Below, one piece after another: positions 49,520 through 63,360 of a stretch of DNA of 64,000 nucleotides. The notes beneath the pieces were generated by a model. It was not told the origin of the DNA. It was given only the letters and a program-made list of their open reading frames with translations, and did not search any database. A program made the translations under genes and the position numbers. Every line of letters begins with the position of its first letter. The stretch's first letter is position 1. The stretch comes from the human T2T-CHM13v2.0 reference genome, Homo sapiens: assembly GCF_009914755.1 (NCBI RefSeq), contig NC_060925.1. One strand, written 5' to 3'.

Positions 49520-50022
49520 CTAGAGAAGAGAAAGAAACATTATCACAAACTGGAAAAAATCATTACGATATGAGTCATTAAAAAATGTGGCCATTTCTAA
49601 TTTAATCAAAGCAGATGTATTTAAGAATAACCAAGTAAAAAGTAGACTGAATGCCCATTATCTGCTCCAATATACTATTGTTTGTTTTGCTTATTTTCTT
49701 TGCTTCTGGATCATAACTGACTTTGATTTGATCCTGTATACCAAGTGAAGTAAAAGCTGTCTAATAACGGAAATAATTTTCTGAATTATTATCTATTAAG
49801 GAATTTTCAACAAATTATTACTTACTTTCAAATGAAGTTACAATATGTTTTGTTTCTAAGAATCAGCACGGCTAGCTATATTTGATAATTTAAATTTATT
49901 TTAATGTCAAACATACAAACAAAACTTATTACCCCACAAAATTGACTGGTTATGGGACAGTATACAAATTTAATCAGGGAGCTGTAAGGATTTAGATTTG
50001 CTGAACAATGTGGAATACTCAC

Positions 50023-50076
50023 AGCAATTCCAGGGGCACCAACTGGTCCTTGAAGACCTGGGGGACCGGGAGGGCC
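50023..50076 (-). CDS. COL11A1: COL11A1 exon 45 (54 bp) GPPGPPGLQGPVGAPGIA
   Basis: ctcactgcag|GGC...GCT|gtgagt. Confidence 0.97.
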
Positions 50077-50778
50077 CTGCAGTGAGATAAAAATAAGTAA
50101 TTTTTAAAGTGAAGCCAGAAGAGCCTCAGCCATATGAAACAGAACATTTAGCCTACCAAGATCAAACACTTCTGCACTCCTTTGGAAAAAAAGAAGCATC
50201 ACATAGAATTATTTTGCATTTACTGCAATCATTATTTATTTTACTCCTTGAGACTCAAGCTTTCACATTTGAAATCAATTTTAAGTTGACATTTGTTGAA
50301 AACACTCTCATTTGTAATGTTGTGAATCTTCAAGATAGATTTCTATGCTATCAGACATCAAGTTGTAAGATTCGCATTTGAAAATTTTCAAAGTATCAGA
50401 TGTCTTTAATGAGATAAATATGATTAGGAAAGGGCCCATGAAAAAATTGTCTATATACTGTCTTCTGAGTGAATATCAGAATTCTGAGGGTTCTATACAG
50501 ATAGAATGTAGTAATATATGAAAATTTGGAATTTTCACATATGCGTACACATGTAAACTAATTGTTATATATTAAGTACACCAGGACCTCTTATTTTGAG
50601 CAATAGTTTTCAAAAGACATTATGAGTCTTACATGCATAGATATTTCTTCATTGTCTCATTTTCTTACATTAGTAACGGGTCAGGCAATATAAAAGGTTC
50701 AGGCATTAAAGAAATAAAACTGTCATTGAACTGTATTGTTCTGTATTGTAACTACTACTTGTGGGGGAACTGTTAAAG

Positions 50779-52229
50779 CAAGATTTTGAAAAGCTGGTTC
50801 ATGGGCCATTGGGAGTTCTTGATATGCTTTTAGGATTCTGCTAGTTCATAACTCTTCTCATAACAACAGTAAGGCATTTTTTGTCCTTTAACTATATAGA
50901 CTTTTGCACTAATGATGTAAAATCCGTGGTGAATAAAGTTGCTGGTAACTTAGCGCTTATCATGTTGGTAGCTACCATTTGTAATAGCATTAATTGTATT
51001 TTACCACGATATACTTTCAATCAACACAAAAATGGCTGTTCCATCTAAGAATGTCATGGATGTAATTGTATTGATGAGGCTTTGAAAGTTATTAATATTA
51101 TTAAATATTGACCTTGAATATGTGTCTTTTCATATTCATTTGACAAATTGAAGACATACATAAAGTATGTTTGCCTCATACTGAAGTACAGTGCTTGTCT
51201 CAAAAAAAAAAAAAAGCCCTACAAACATTTGGATTATAGTTTGAAATGCTGGCTGAACTTTTACATGGAACACTAACTTTTACATGGAACGCTATTTTTA
51301 CTTGAAAGAGCGGCTGACAGAAAAACTATGATTTTTTAGTTATAAATAATAAATGTGATTATAAATAATCAGTTATAAATAATAAGTGTGATTATAAATA
51401 GTAAGTATGATTTTGGCAGATGTTATTCAATATAAAGGAAGCCTTGGATTTCAAAGAAAACAACTGACAGTATTTACTGTCAATAACGTTCAAACTTTAA
51501 AGCAAAAATTAGAATTTTGGAAATGTCTCATCTGCCATTGCAGGCTTTATATCTTCCCAATCTGAAAGTATTTTCCTATGATATTAATATTGCATAAAGA
51601 ATTGTGTCAACACTTTGAGGACCTTACCCAGGAAATCAATAATTTCCAAATTATCAATGAAGGATATTACAAAATTATGTATGAAACATAGTCATCAACG
51701 TGCAAGATAGAGCAGTGGAATATAATGTAATAGCACAAAAAGCTCACTGTTTTTGTTTCAAATTCTGTTGTGCAATTGACCCTTAAGAAAAACTACCACT
51801 TATAAAATTTCTATGTAAAATCAAAGAATATTCAAAATTATCTGAAAAGGTACTGAAAATGCCCCTCCCTTTTATAACTACATAATTTATGTGAGCTTAG
51901 ATTTTCTTCATGCTTTCAACCAAAAAAACATGTCACCACAGGCTGAACTAGATATGAGAATATAGCTTCTTCTATTAAGCTAGACAAAACAAATGTAACA
52001 ATGGTACTCTTGGGACTATATATTTTTATTTGCAAAAATATAGCTAGTTTTTATTAAAAGTGCTTTGGGCTTATTATTCTTAATTATAAATAAATCAATA
52101 CATAAATATTTTAAATATATCAGCTTTCATTCATATGATAGTAACCCACATAGACAAAAGCTTTTTGGGCTCCTAAAAACCTTTCCGAGTATGCAAGGGT
52201 CCTAAGGCAAAAATATTTGAGATTTGCTG
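50779..52229 (+). mobile_element. Charlie1a-like hAT DNA transposon, near full length, decayed transposase
   Basis: catactgaagtacagtgcttgtctc, atttttacttgaaagagcggctgacagaaaaactatg, aaaacaactgacagtattt, gcaaaaattagaattttggaaa; about 1.45 kb ending gggtcctaaggcaaaaatatttgagatttgctg. Confidence 0.8.
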
Positions 52230-52386
52230 GCCCATATAATGGCCATGCAGTCATTTTAGCATTGCTTTTAAGGAGTAAATAAAACTTTTAAAAATGTGGC
52301 TTCTGTCGAGTGTATAAGGTAGTCTAATTAAATCCATAGTATTTATTTATAATTAAGAAATCTAAATGGAATCTAAAGTAATTTAC

Positions 52387-52822
52387 TGCTATCGTTTGGA
52401 TGTGGTTTGTCCCCACTAAAACTCATGTTGAAATTTAATTCCCAGTGTTGGGGGTGGGGCCTAAATGGAGGTGTTTTGGTTCTTAAGGTGGATCGATCAG
52501 GAATAGCTGCATAGCGATTGAGTTCTTGCTCTGGGGAGATTGAATTGTTTCTTGAAGGAATGAATTAGTTCCCATGAAAGAGGGTTGTTTTAAAGTCAGC
52601 ACTCCTGCAGGGTTTGGTCCCTCCTTGTTCAGGCCCGGTTCCCCTTTGAACTTCTCTGCCATGTTTTGACACAGTACAAAAGCCCTCACCATAAGCCAAG
52701 CAGATGCCAGCCCCAGGCTTCTTTGTACAACCTGCTGAACTGTAAGCCAAGTAACCCTATTTTCCTTATAAATTATCCAGCCTCGGGTATTCATTTATAG
52801 CAACACAAAACAGACTAAGGCA
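52387..52822 (+). mobile_element. MaLR solo LTR, MSTB2/MSTA1-like
   Basis: tgctatcgtttggatgtggtttgtcccc...atagcaacacaaaacagactaaggca. Confidence 0.85.
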
Positions 52823-53997
52823 GATACCAAAATACATTTTGTAAATGTATAGTCAATACTAACTGCATCAAACATATGCAGCCGGTTTTCTGTACACAAT
52901 TTCTTGTCATAATTTTACAGCATGGATCTGGAGTATCAGTGCTATCACCTGTTTGTTGGTGTTTTGTTTTACTGCATATAAAAATGAATTATGCATTAAA
53001 TACTACAATTATTACTACAAGCTTTTTCTCTTTTCATTCTAGAGTTTTCTTTTTAGTTAGAAAAATTCATCTCATAGGACTATGGTAACTCTTCAGTTTG
53101 GGATTCCATCAATTCTAATAAAAATCTTCTTTCCGTTATGTGTTAATGTAGGCAGTAAGTCCAACCCTAAAAGCATCAGACTGATGGATCACAAAATAGA
53201 ACCAGACTGGTCTGTTAGAATGAAATTGCTGGGGATAATGTATAAACTTCCATACTAGGTGAAAAAAAAAACTTGAAGGACATATCTCTGTACTCCCCCA
53301 ATTTATGTTTCTATCAGAGAGCAAATACATGAACACTTAAAGGGAAAAAAAAATTAAAAAAAAAGAACTTAGAAAATAATGTCCACAGATATTCTTTAGA
53401 GAGTATAAATTAGTAAGGAAGTGCTGAAGCATGTGACAGTATCATCATCTAACATATTTCATTTAAGAAGTAGGAACATGTTTAAATACATAATTTAAAG
53501 AGAATATATACTGATAGTGACCAAAGAAAAACATCATAAAGACAAGAGTGAACACACCATTTGAATGAACAACCAAAATTATATTGAAGTTTTATGATTT
53601 AAACGAATAATTTTAAAATAAGTATCTATAACATATGGGAATGAGTGACCAATTTGTATACATGTAGAACATAGTAATACTGTTAATTTTGGTAAATATA
53701 TGTATACAAAATTTCTCATAATCATACAAGAAAGACTATTTCATTATGTTACTCTTTCATGTGCTATAGCAGAGTTATAAATAATGGCCTTACAATCATC
53801 ATACTTTACTTAATCACAGAAATAGAAAACTTCACAAATATATAAAATTATAGAATGATATAACTGCAGAGGTAATGTAGTATTGGTATTATAAGTATTG
53901 GCTAGGAAAGTAAGTAGCACTATATAAAAATATCAATGGTAAACAGTAAAAGTTGTTAAATAAATAATGTTCTCTCAGTAAGAAGTAGGAAACTCAC

Positions 53998-54051
53998 ATT
54001 TTCTCCCTTGTCACCCTTGCTGCCTTTTTGTCCCGGCTCACCAATTTCACC
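53998..54051 (-). CDS. COL11A1: COL11A1 exon 44 (54 bp) GEIGEPGQKGSKGDKGEN
   Basis: tcaatttcag|GGT...AAT|gtgagt. Confidence 0.97.
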
Positions 54052-54385
54052 CTGAAATTGAAAGATTTGACTTAGAGTTTATCTCTAACATGCTATTGCA
54101 TTGTCTTAATTATCATCAAACAGTTAAATTTTACCTTTAATATAATTACATGCTAGTGTGTAATGTCACTGTTTAAAATGGAAAATCTTGGGTTCCCACT
54201 GCTTCTAGCTTTCTAATATTGACTAATATGTTAACAGACAAGTCCGTTTAACTTCAAAGTATACTACAACTGAATTTATAATTCAAAAATCAATTTTGTC
54301 TCAAATATTACCTGTATAAACTGGTAACGGAAATACACTGACTTATAAAATCTATAATTACACATTAATCAAAAATTACTTTACC

Positions 54386-54700
54386 AGCTAGGTTCTGGGT
54401 CGCGCACCTGTAATCCCAGGTTTTGGGAGGTTGAGGTGAAAGGTTGGGCCCAGGAGTTTAAGATCAGCCTAGGAAGCATAGTGAGACCCTGTCCTACAAA
54501 TAAATGTTTTTAAAAAGTTAGCTGCACATGGTGAGGCATGCTTGTAGTCTCAGCTACTTGGGAAGCTGAGGTGGGAGGATCGCTCAAGTCCAGGAGTTTG
54601 AGGCTGCAGTGAGCCCTGTTGCACCACTGCACTCCAGCCTGGGCGACAAAAAAAGACTCTCTCTCTCAAAAAAGTAAAAAATAAAAATAAAAACAAAATA
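54386..54700 (+). mobile_element. AluJ (Jo-like)
   Basis: dimeric Alu with gaggatcgctcaagtccaggagtttgaggctgcagtgagc right arm. Confidence 0.9.
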
Positions 54701-55268
54701 ATGGAAAAAATTCTTTTCTGCTAATTTTCCAGATGCTAAAATGATGCACATTATGAGAGTGCTGGTTTAAAAATTTTTAAATAATATTTTAAAATAATAT
54801 AATGATGTATTCAATTGAAACATTTAACACACAGCCATACATTTGGAATTAGGAGCTTAGAGTCTGTACTCACATGTTGGTAAATGATAACAGGATTATG
54901 AAGTAAATATGTAGCTCATTCTTAAGTCTTATTGTACAATATCCAAGACATGAGGACTAACCATATACATGTAATTAATTTTTTTATTTTATATTCATTT
55001 CAGAAGGATATTCTTAAAAATAAATAAATTTTGGCATCTACTAGTTTTTCTCACTACCACTGTTCTTTTAATTGAGTTTTCTGTTTATGTATCACATACT
55101 ATTTTATGGAACAGATACTAATTCTGAACCTCTTAAATAAAACTTTTGAGCATATGAAAATGTGTGTGAAACTTTGAAAAAGGTAACCTTTCACCTGGCA
55201 CCTAATCATAAAGATTAGAATTATCTAGAATTCTTGACAAAAATTAAGCTTTTTCACAGGATCTACTA

Positions 55269-55445
<177 letters not shown>

Positions 55446-56149
55446 CTACAAGAGTAATAATCTAGCTTCTATATTTGACAAGGATATTGTTTAATGTTTT
55501 TTAGAAAAACATTTTAAAGAATAAATGATACATGTTCCCTACCTTCATTTGTGACTAAGAATACTATTTTTTTAAATCACTTATAAATCTTAGGCTATGA
55601 TACACAAAAATAATTAGGACCCAACTTAGAATTTTTCTTTCAAACATGCAATTATTATATATTGACAAATCAGATTTCTTACATTTGCAAAACTTTGCTG
55701 AGCCTCTTCTCCCCTTCCTTAGTGCCACTGGCATAGCTGTGCAATGGGTATTAGGCTTTAGAAATCAAAAAATGCAGTTGCTCATATGTCCAACTTTGCC
55801 ATATGCTTTATATGTTTCATATGTAACTTTCTTATTTTTAAGTGTTTGTTTTGGTTCTCCTGGTTTTTAAAAATGGCATTATTTTCATGTTTAAATTTAC
55901 CTATACTGTGTAATTTTTTAAAAGTGCCTTGATAATGAACTCAACTTCTGTTTCCGATAAAATATATTTTTGTAATTTAAAATAAATTATTTTCTAAGAG
56001 TCAAAATTTCATCAGTTTTGCACAAGATAATATTTTTGATTGCATTCAGAGGTCCTTTCTGTCCTTCTGTTATACAAGCTGGGAATCTACAAGTCATTAG
56101 GTTTTGCCTTTTCATTACCCCACTTTCCCTCACTTCCCTTAACATCTCC

Positions 56150-56920
56150 TGCTCCTTTAAAATGACTTAGTTTTAGACATTTTATCTCCTAATTATCTCT
56201 TGAATATATTGACTTTATCTCCATCACTGACACCTTACTCTATAATACTGGTATCCTTGTTCTGAGCTACTGAAAAAAACCTCCTGCCTTTCCCCATACG
56301 TATTCTTACTTCCTTCCAATCTATTCATCACACTGCATCCAGAAAGCCAATCAGATCATGTTACCTACATTCTTAGGTCAATTTACTTGTTTACTTTTCC
56401 TCAGATAAAGACTTCATGGCTTAGGGCAGCCTACCATGATCTAGCTCCTGCTACCTGCCCAAACACATCTAGCCTCCCCTAACCCTTGCTCTCTGCATTC
56501 CAACCCTTCTAGACATTTTTCTCAGTCCCTTAAATCTGATGCCATGTCCATTCCTGTGACATTGCCTGAGCACATTTTTTTCCTCTGGCCTGGAATGCCC
56601 CTATGAGAACTCTTTGCATAGTTAATTCCTTCTCATCTTTTACATCTCACCATCAATGCCTTGTCCAAGGAAAGTCCCCAATTCTAGCAGGTCTCTCTAC
56701 TATAATCTGACATACACTATTACATTCCATTCATATGAGTAACCTGAGTTTGCCATTATATATGTATTTAGTGATTCTTTGCATATTATCAAATTGCCCT
56801 ATCAGATAATAAACTATGTGAGGGTAGGAATTGTGTCTGATTTTGCATTCTATTATATATCTCTGGCCTGTGGACCAGAGTAGTCACTTAAGGAACTGTT
56901 GCTACATTACTTAATTAATG
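56150..56920 (+). mobile_element. L2 3' region
   Basis: ccaatctattcatcacactgcatccaga, cagatcatgttacc, tcctctggcctggaatgccc, taaactatgtgagggtagga. Confidence 0.75.
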
Positions 56921-57759
56921 ACAACAAAAGTAACAACATTAATAAGGCAAAATTAAATTGTTAACTAATTTATTACTTGCCTGGGTTTCATATGTTCTTG
57001 TTTTTCAAAAGGATGCCATAATTATTATAAGAAGGATGCCCCTGATGTCACTCTGGAGACCTTTTATCTTCTTCAAATAAATATGATATTTCAAATCTAT
57101 CAATACTCATAGGATGTGCTGTGCTATTCACAGTAAACTTCACTATATTAAATACAATAGTTGATTCAGATAGTTCCCCTTAATTTGAATTCCCTTGCTA
57201 GCCTTAAACTCTAAAAGTCAATCCTTTTGTATAAGGTTTCCTGTAAATAAGGCAGATATATTCTCTTCTGCCTTCATTATAGTACACATAATCTCTAGCC
57301 AGGAATCACTTGCCATTCATTTCTTCTGACCCTGGTCTGTGTGATGTTGGGAGAAATTCAACAGATCTACAGCACTCTAAATTTATATTAGCCATTTATA
57401 ATTCCTCAAGATGACATAACTCTTCCTCCATTATGTATCTCTTGGCCCACAATCTGCACAACTACTGGAAACATTCATCTCTCCTTGTAACCGTTCTTTA
57501 TTTCACCACTTCTAACATTCCATTTACGTTAATAACTAAATCTTTCCTTAAAAAATGATAGAATTAGCTAAACATCCCCATGTCTTTTGTTTGATTTGGC
57601 ATGGTCTTATATTTAACCTATACTCACACCCACAACTTTTATTACAATTCACAAAATCCATCACTCCTTCCTCAAAAGCTCATTTGTGTATTCATTCTCA
57701 GTTTATTATTTCATCCTTTTTTATGGCACTCTGATTCACACACTGATGGTAATGATAAT

Positions 57760-58030
57760 ACTACTACTAATAGTAATGATTATTCTGAACACTTCTCACA
57801 ACTTATCACAATTCTGAAAAATGATTTAGAACTATAATTTTATCTAGTCCTCACAAAATACTGTGATTATCTTCTTTTCAGAGATGGCCATCTTCTTTTC
57901 AGAGTTGAGAAAACAGAGGTTTTGATTTTAAATAACTTAACCAAAATCATGAACTAAATAAATGATAGGGGTAGCTCCCAACCCACTTCTGGTTGTCTTC
58001 AAGCAGGCAACTTGAGTCTACTCTCATTTC
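57760..58030 (-). mobile_element. MIR with a small internal duplication
   Basis: tctagtcctcacaaaatactgtg...cttttcagagttgagaaaacagagg...aacttaaccaaaatcat. Confidence 0.6.
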
Positions 58031-58399
58031 CTTAACTCCTTAACTTTTCCACTGACTATTTTCTTATTATTGATAAAGTAGATAAATATATGCACCACAT
58101 AATAATAATAATGAGGCAACGCATTCAATCTTATTAGTACTTCCACCTATGGCTCATTTTTCTATGGGTTCCATGCCCTGCTTGAGGTGATTTACATGTC
58201 CCTACTCCACTCCTCTATAGTCCATTTTTTTTCTTTTTGAATCAATTTAGAATTAATCTAAAGGTATAAATACCCAGCAGGTAAAATCCCAGTCTCTTTA
58301 TTTCTTTGTCTTTCGGATTTCAGTATTCTCGATCTTTTACATCCCACAAAAGGGAACTTGTTTATGTCTTGTTCTGTTTGATGGCATGCCTCTGGAGAT

Positions 58400-58434
58400 A
58401 CACACACACACACATACACACACACACACACACA
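58400..58434. repeat. Interrupted (CA)n; (UG)n in the COL11A1 pre-mRNA, intron 42
   Basis: read directly. Confidence 0.95.
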
Positions 58435-60020
58435 AACAAACAACCTCATGGACTATTTTTCTCTCTTATTAGATGCTTTCAGAACTTACACCCATTATAA
58501 TTCTCCATTAAGACTTGAGTCCAGGCTTCTGTTTTCTCTCAACACTACATCACGTGGTAATCCAAAAATATGCTTTTAAACATCACTCTTATTTTAAATG
58601 ACTCCCAGACTTACAATTCTGGCACTGATTATTTTCTCTGCAATTATACACACATACATGCTAGAAATTGTAAATAAGTATTTGAAGAATATTTTTCCTA
58701 AAATTTCAAACTGCTATTGCCTAATTCAGTTATAGTTAGTGCATTGACTTCACTGTGTTTTAGATCTAGCTCTTCCCCCCAATTTCTACAACTGTCCCCA
58801 AATAGATGCATAGTTAAAATCACTTCTTCTCTGTAATCTTTGCATCCAGTAACTAATAGTTTTCATTAGAATCAGTTTCCCTATCAAAATTTTCTATCAA
58901 TGAAATTAAATTGGAGAAGGTTTTAGCCCCTTTCTTCTTACCTGCTTTCCAGACCCACCTCCTAGAGTTTCTAATCTAACTGATTAATAATATAGGGATG
59001 CTAATTAGGACATTTCTCCATTCTAGGAAGCAGGGTTGATGGGTAGGTAGACCAAGGGCTTGTCTTCCACAGGTCACATCTTGCCTTTCTTTTAATGCAA
59101 ATGTAAACCTGCTGATAACTGCATAACATTTTTATAAGATAAGCTGCTCAGCAGAGGTAAGATCTAAAATTTATATTTGAAAAGAGGAAGAAGTAAAGTC
59201 TAGATATAACATTTTGCCCAACATTTTCATCAGTTTTTATTAAACTTCTGAATGGATATCTATAACTCCTTTCACTGAACACTCTTATTACCCACTTTAT
59301 GTTACTGTCCCTAAGCAGACAGCTCCTTCAAAAGTATAATGCTAACAATACAGTGCCTACCCCTTAGTTATTCTAAATAGCTAATTTTGGCTAATAGAAA
59401 ATGGAATGAGCATGCTGGAGTTGTTGTCCTTGGCTGGGATAACTGAAAGAGGATGGGGAGGCAAGGCATTCCCTTTTCCCTTCTCTAGTTATGATATCAC
59501 TAATTACCAACAAAACTCAGGCCTGAATCCTGGCTCTTACAAAGGCTAATGTCAATAATTTTTCATCTGTCTCACCTAATTAATTTCTTATCGGTTTCAA
59601 TCTTTTTTGATATTCTGATCTTTATTTCAATAACTTACTTATTCTTCATAAATCTAAGGTTTTTATCCACTTTAAAATCTACCATTCAATATATTATCTT
59701 CACAGAAATATTGACTTATCTAATTAGTATATTCTCAATTTGTATACAAAGCAATTTATGTCTATTTTCTCTGTATGCATTATTTAGTGTATTGTGCAAA
59801 ATATGTGTTCCCTATATTTTTTAATTAATTTGTATTAAAGGAACTGAATCTATTTTCTATCTTCTCCTAGTACACAGTACACTATAAAATATATTTTCTC
59901 AGCATATTAAAAGTGCTTTTTCTGTCACCTAAAAGTTCTATCCACAGGTGGCATGGCCCATTCCAACATTCTAACTCTTTCTGAAAGGTAATGGATTACA
60001 GAAAACATTTTTTTTTTATT

Positions 60021-60401
60021 TGCTACAGTTTGAATGTGTCACCAAAAAAACATCTTTTGGAAACTTAATTCCCAATGCAACAGTGTGGGGGAGTAGGGCC
60101 TAATGAAAGCTGATTAGGCCATGAGGGCAAAATGAAATTAATCAATACCGTTATTGCATTAGTGGGTTCATTAAAACAAAGGGAATTTGTTTTCTTTTTA
60201 CTCTCTCTCTCTCTCTCTCTCTCTCTAGCCCTGTCTTTCTCCATCTACCATGGGATGATGTGCCAAGAAGTTCTTTACCAGATGTGGCCCCACTATCTTG
60301 GACTTTCCATCCACCAGCACCATGAGTCAATATATTTTTGTTCATTATAAATTACCCAGTCTGTGGTATTCTGTTATAACTGCACAAAATGGTCTCAAAC
60401 A
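60021..60401 (+). mobile_element. MaLR solo LTR, MSTD-like, containing (CT)13
   Basis: tgctacagtttgaatgtgtc...ggaaacttaattcccaatgcaacagtg...ataaattacccagtctgtggtattctgttataactgcacaaaatgg. Confidence 0.85.
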
Positions 60402-60760
60402 GAAATATTGGAATAATATCACAGAATAATCAAAGAAAATGCATAGACAATGAAAGCAAATCAACTTGATAAAACTGAAGTCTTAGTGATAGAGGAGTAT
60501 TTTTGAATATAAGCTTAAGCTTAATTTTATATATCAATACTTACCAGTATACAAAAATATTCAACTTATATTTTTGTGTATCAGAGCCAATACTTTTTAT
60601 CTACATTTACTGAAACAGTTTGTGTTTTAATCTTGTAGGAAGAGAGAATCATTTTTAAAAAATACAATCATATCAAAAGCAGGAAAAAAAATAGAGAAGA
60701 AATCTTAACAAAGAAACCTAAACATAATGAGTGGAATAGTCCATAGTCATGTAAATATAA

Positions 60761-61282
60761 ACTGAGTATATACCCAAAGGACTATAAATCATGCTGCCAT
60801 AAAGACACATGCACACGTATGTTTATTGCGGCACTATTCACAATAGCAAAGACTTGGAACCAACCCAAATGTCCAACAATGATAGACTGGATTAAGAAAA
60901 TGTGGCACATATACACCATGGAATACTATGCAGCCATAAAAAATGATGAGTTCATGTCCTTTGTAGGGACATGGATGAAATTGGAAATCATCATTCTCAG
61001 TAAACTATCGCAAGGACAAAAAACCAAACACCACATGTTCTCACTCATAGATGGGAACTGAACAATGAGAACACATGGACACAGGAAGGGGAACATGACA
61101 CTCTGGGGACTGTTGTGGGGTGGGGGGAGGGGGGAGGGATAGCATTAGGAGATATACCTAATGCTAAATGACGAGTTAATGGGTGCAGCACACCAGCATG
61201 GCACATGTATACATATGTAACTAACCTGCACATTGTGGACATGTACCCTAAAACTTAAAGTATAATAAACCCCCCCCAAAAA
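60761..61282 (+). mobile_element. 5'-truncated L1PA3-like 3' end
   Basis: ORF2 C-terminus (ORF 60819..61061) plus 3'UTR with cactctggggactgttgtgg and gcattaggag. Confidence 0.92.
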
Positions 61283-61774
61283 ATGTTAAAATCCAATAGA
61301 TATTAGATGAAATAATTAGTGAGATGTTCCCCGTCTCACTCACTGGCGATCGGAGCTCAGATTACATGAGAAGGGCAGCTACTTTCTATGAGTCTTATTT
61401 GCAGACTATGGAAATGCTTGAAATTGAATTTGTATTACAAGACGTGTAAAAAGTTCACACTTTTCTAATGTAAAGCAGCAAGGTATAGCTTCAATAAAAA
61501 ACTCACAACTTTTTTTTTTTAAAAAAAGCAAAATGAAAAGCCTTTTACATTAATAATATCCAACTCCCTCACAGGTATTACGGTTTCATAAAGTGTGGGA
61601 AAATGTCATCTCATTTAATTGAATTTGAAATTTTCTCTATTATACATATACGAGCCAGGGTATTTACATGCCAGACACATATGCAGAGAGAATACGGTGG
61701 TGTATGAAAAGCTAATATTATTGAATAAAAAGTAATAACGTGTACAGGGTAGCAGCATAATATATTTTCTCCTA

Positions 61775-61894
<120 letters not shown>

Positions 61895-63139
61895 CTAGTA
61901 TACAGGAAAAGAAGTATTTTGTTATTAAAGAAAGTAATACTGGCTTAAGAATCACTTATTTAACAATAGCTTCTTACAGTCTAGTAAATTATGTTAAAGA
62001 AACATTTAGAGTTTAGATAATTTTAAGATCCCAAAGAGAAACAGTTGAATCCACTATTTGAGAGACTAATTTCCAGCCCCAATATTAAGCATAGATGTTG
62101 ATGTTAGAAAATATTGATGAGATGAAAAAATACATCAAAATTAGATGTATTTAATATTTATTTAATGTTATCTGTTTCCATTTAAGTGTTCATAATTGTG
62201 CACAATGCTTTATAAAAAATATATCTAATAACCTCCTACATAAATTTCTCCCTGTATTATAATGAATTGGCAGAATACAATCCCTAAACTAGTGTTTCTT
62301 GAAGTTATTTCTAGGCTTTTTTTCAAATGTGCTGAACCAAGGTTTCAAAATAAAAAAAATGGGTTCAGAAATTCTTTGCATTAGGATACACACAAAATTT
62401 TTTACAAAATAACATTTGATAATCACTATCCTAAAGTCTGGACGTTTTCCCAAAGGATAAGCTATTAAATTCAACTTAGAGTTCTATAGGACCACTGGGT
62501 CTTATGAACACTGATGAGATCATTTGAATCTGATTAGGTTTTTTAATTTTTTTTAACTGAGTTTCAAAAAAGATGTAATGCTTTTAACTAGTTTGCTTTT
62601 TTAAAAAACCTCATATATATAGATTTTTGAAAATAATCACATGGATACTGCTTTTATAGTAATTATCTGTACCAACAATTTAAGAAAACATTATTAAAAC
62701 AAGAATAAAAGAAATGCAAACATACATACTAAGTATTGTAAAGCTCAAGTATAATCTATTTCTACTTCCAATTTTAGTTACTAAAAGATAACAAAAAATT
62801 GTCTTTGGATTCTCAGAGGGGTGATTGAATTACAATTTATCTTTTTATTTTATGTTTAAACTAAATGTAAAATATTAGAAAATATAATTGTTAGTATTTT
62901 TTCTTAATAATTAACATACTTAGATAACATCATCATTTCAAAACTCAGAGAAAATTATTTATAAAAGCTGGAAAATATATTACTTTATGTTTTCTACTAT
63001 TATACTTAATGATATATTAGAAATCATTTTATTATACAAATTTACATTATTGACTTTGTTCTAATTTGTATTTTTATTAACCAGGAAACTAATTACATGT
63101 GATAAAAATGGTAACTATACCAACAACTTGTATTAACAT

Positions 63140-63360
63140 AATGCTTTACAATTCACAAATCAGTTTAACTTTCATCTTATTTTATTCTCACAACAATTCC
63201 AGGTAGTTTATAGAGCTGTTGTAGCATCTGTTTTAAAAATGAAGAATCTCTGGCTCAAAGAAGTTAACCGTCCTTCCTGTAATCATATAACTAGTTAAGA
63301 GAACCCTGAGCTTGGACTCTACTCTGATTTCTTGACAAAGCCACCCATTGGTTCTTTCTA
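63140..63360 (-). mobile_element. MIR
   Basis: atgctttacaattcac...tcatcttattttattctcacaacaattcc...ttttaaaaatgaagaatctctggctcaaagaagttaac. Confidence 0.65.

Noticed and set aside
61117-61138. G-quadruplex-forming G tracts (also near 20183-20204 and the C tract near 43200-43222)
   Set aside because: Standard polypurine tract of every L1PA 3'UTR; not locus-specific.
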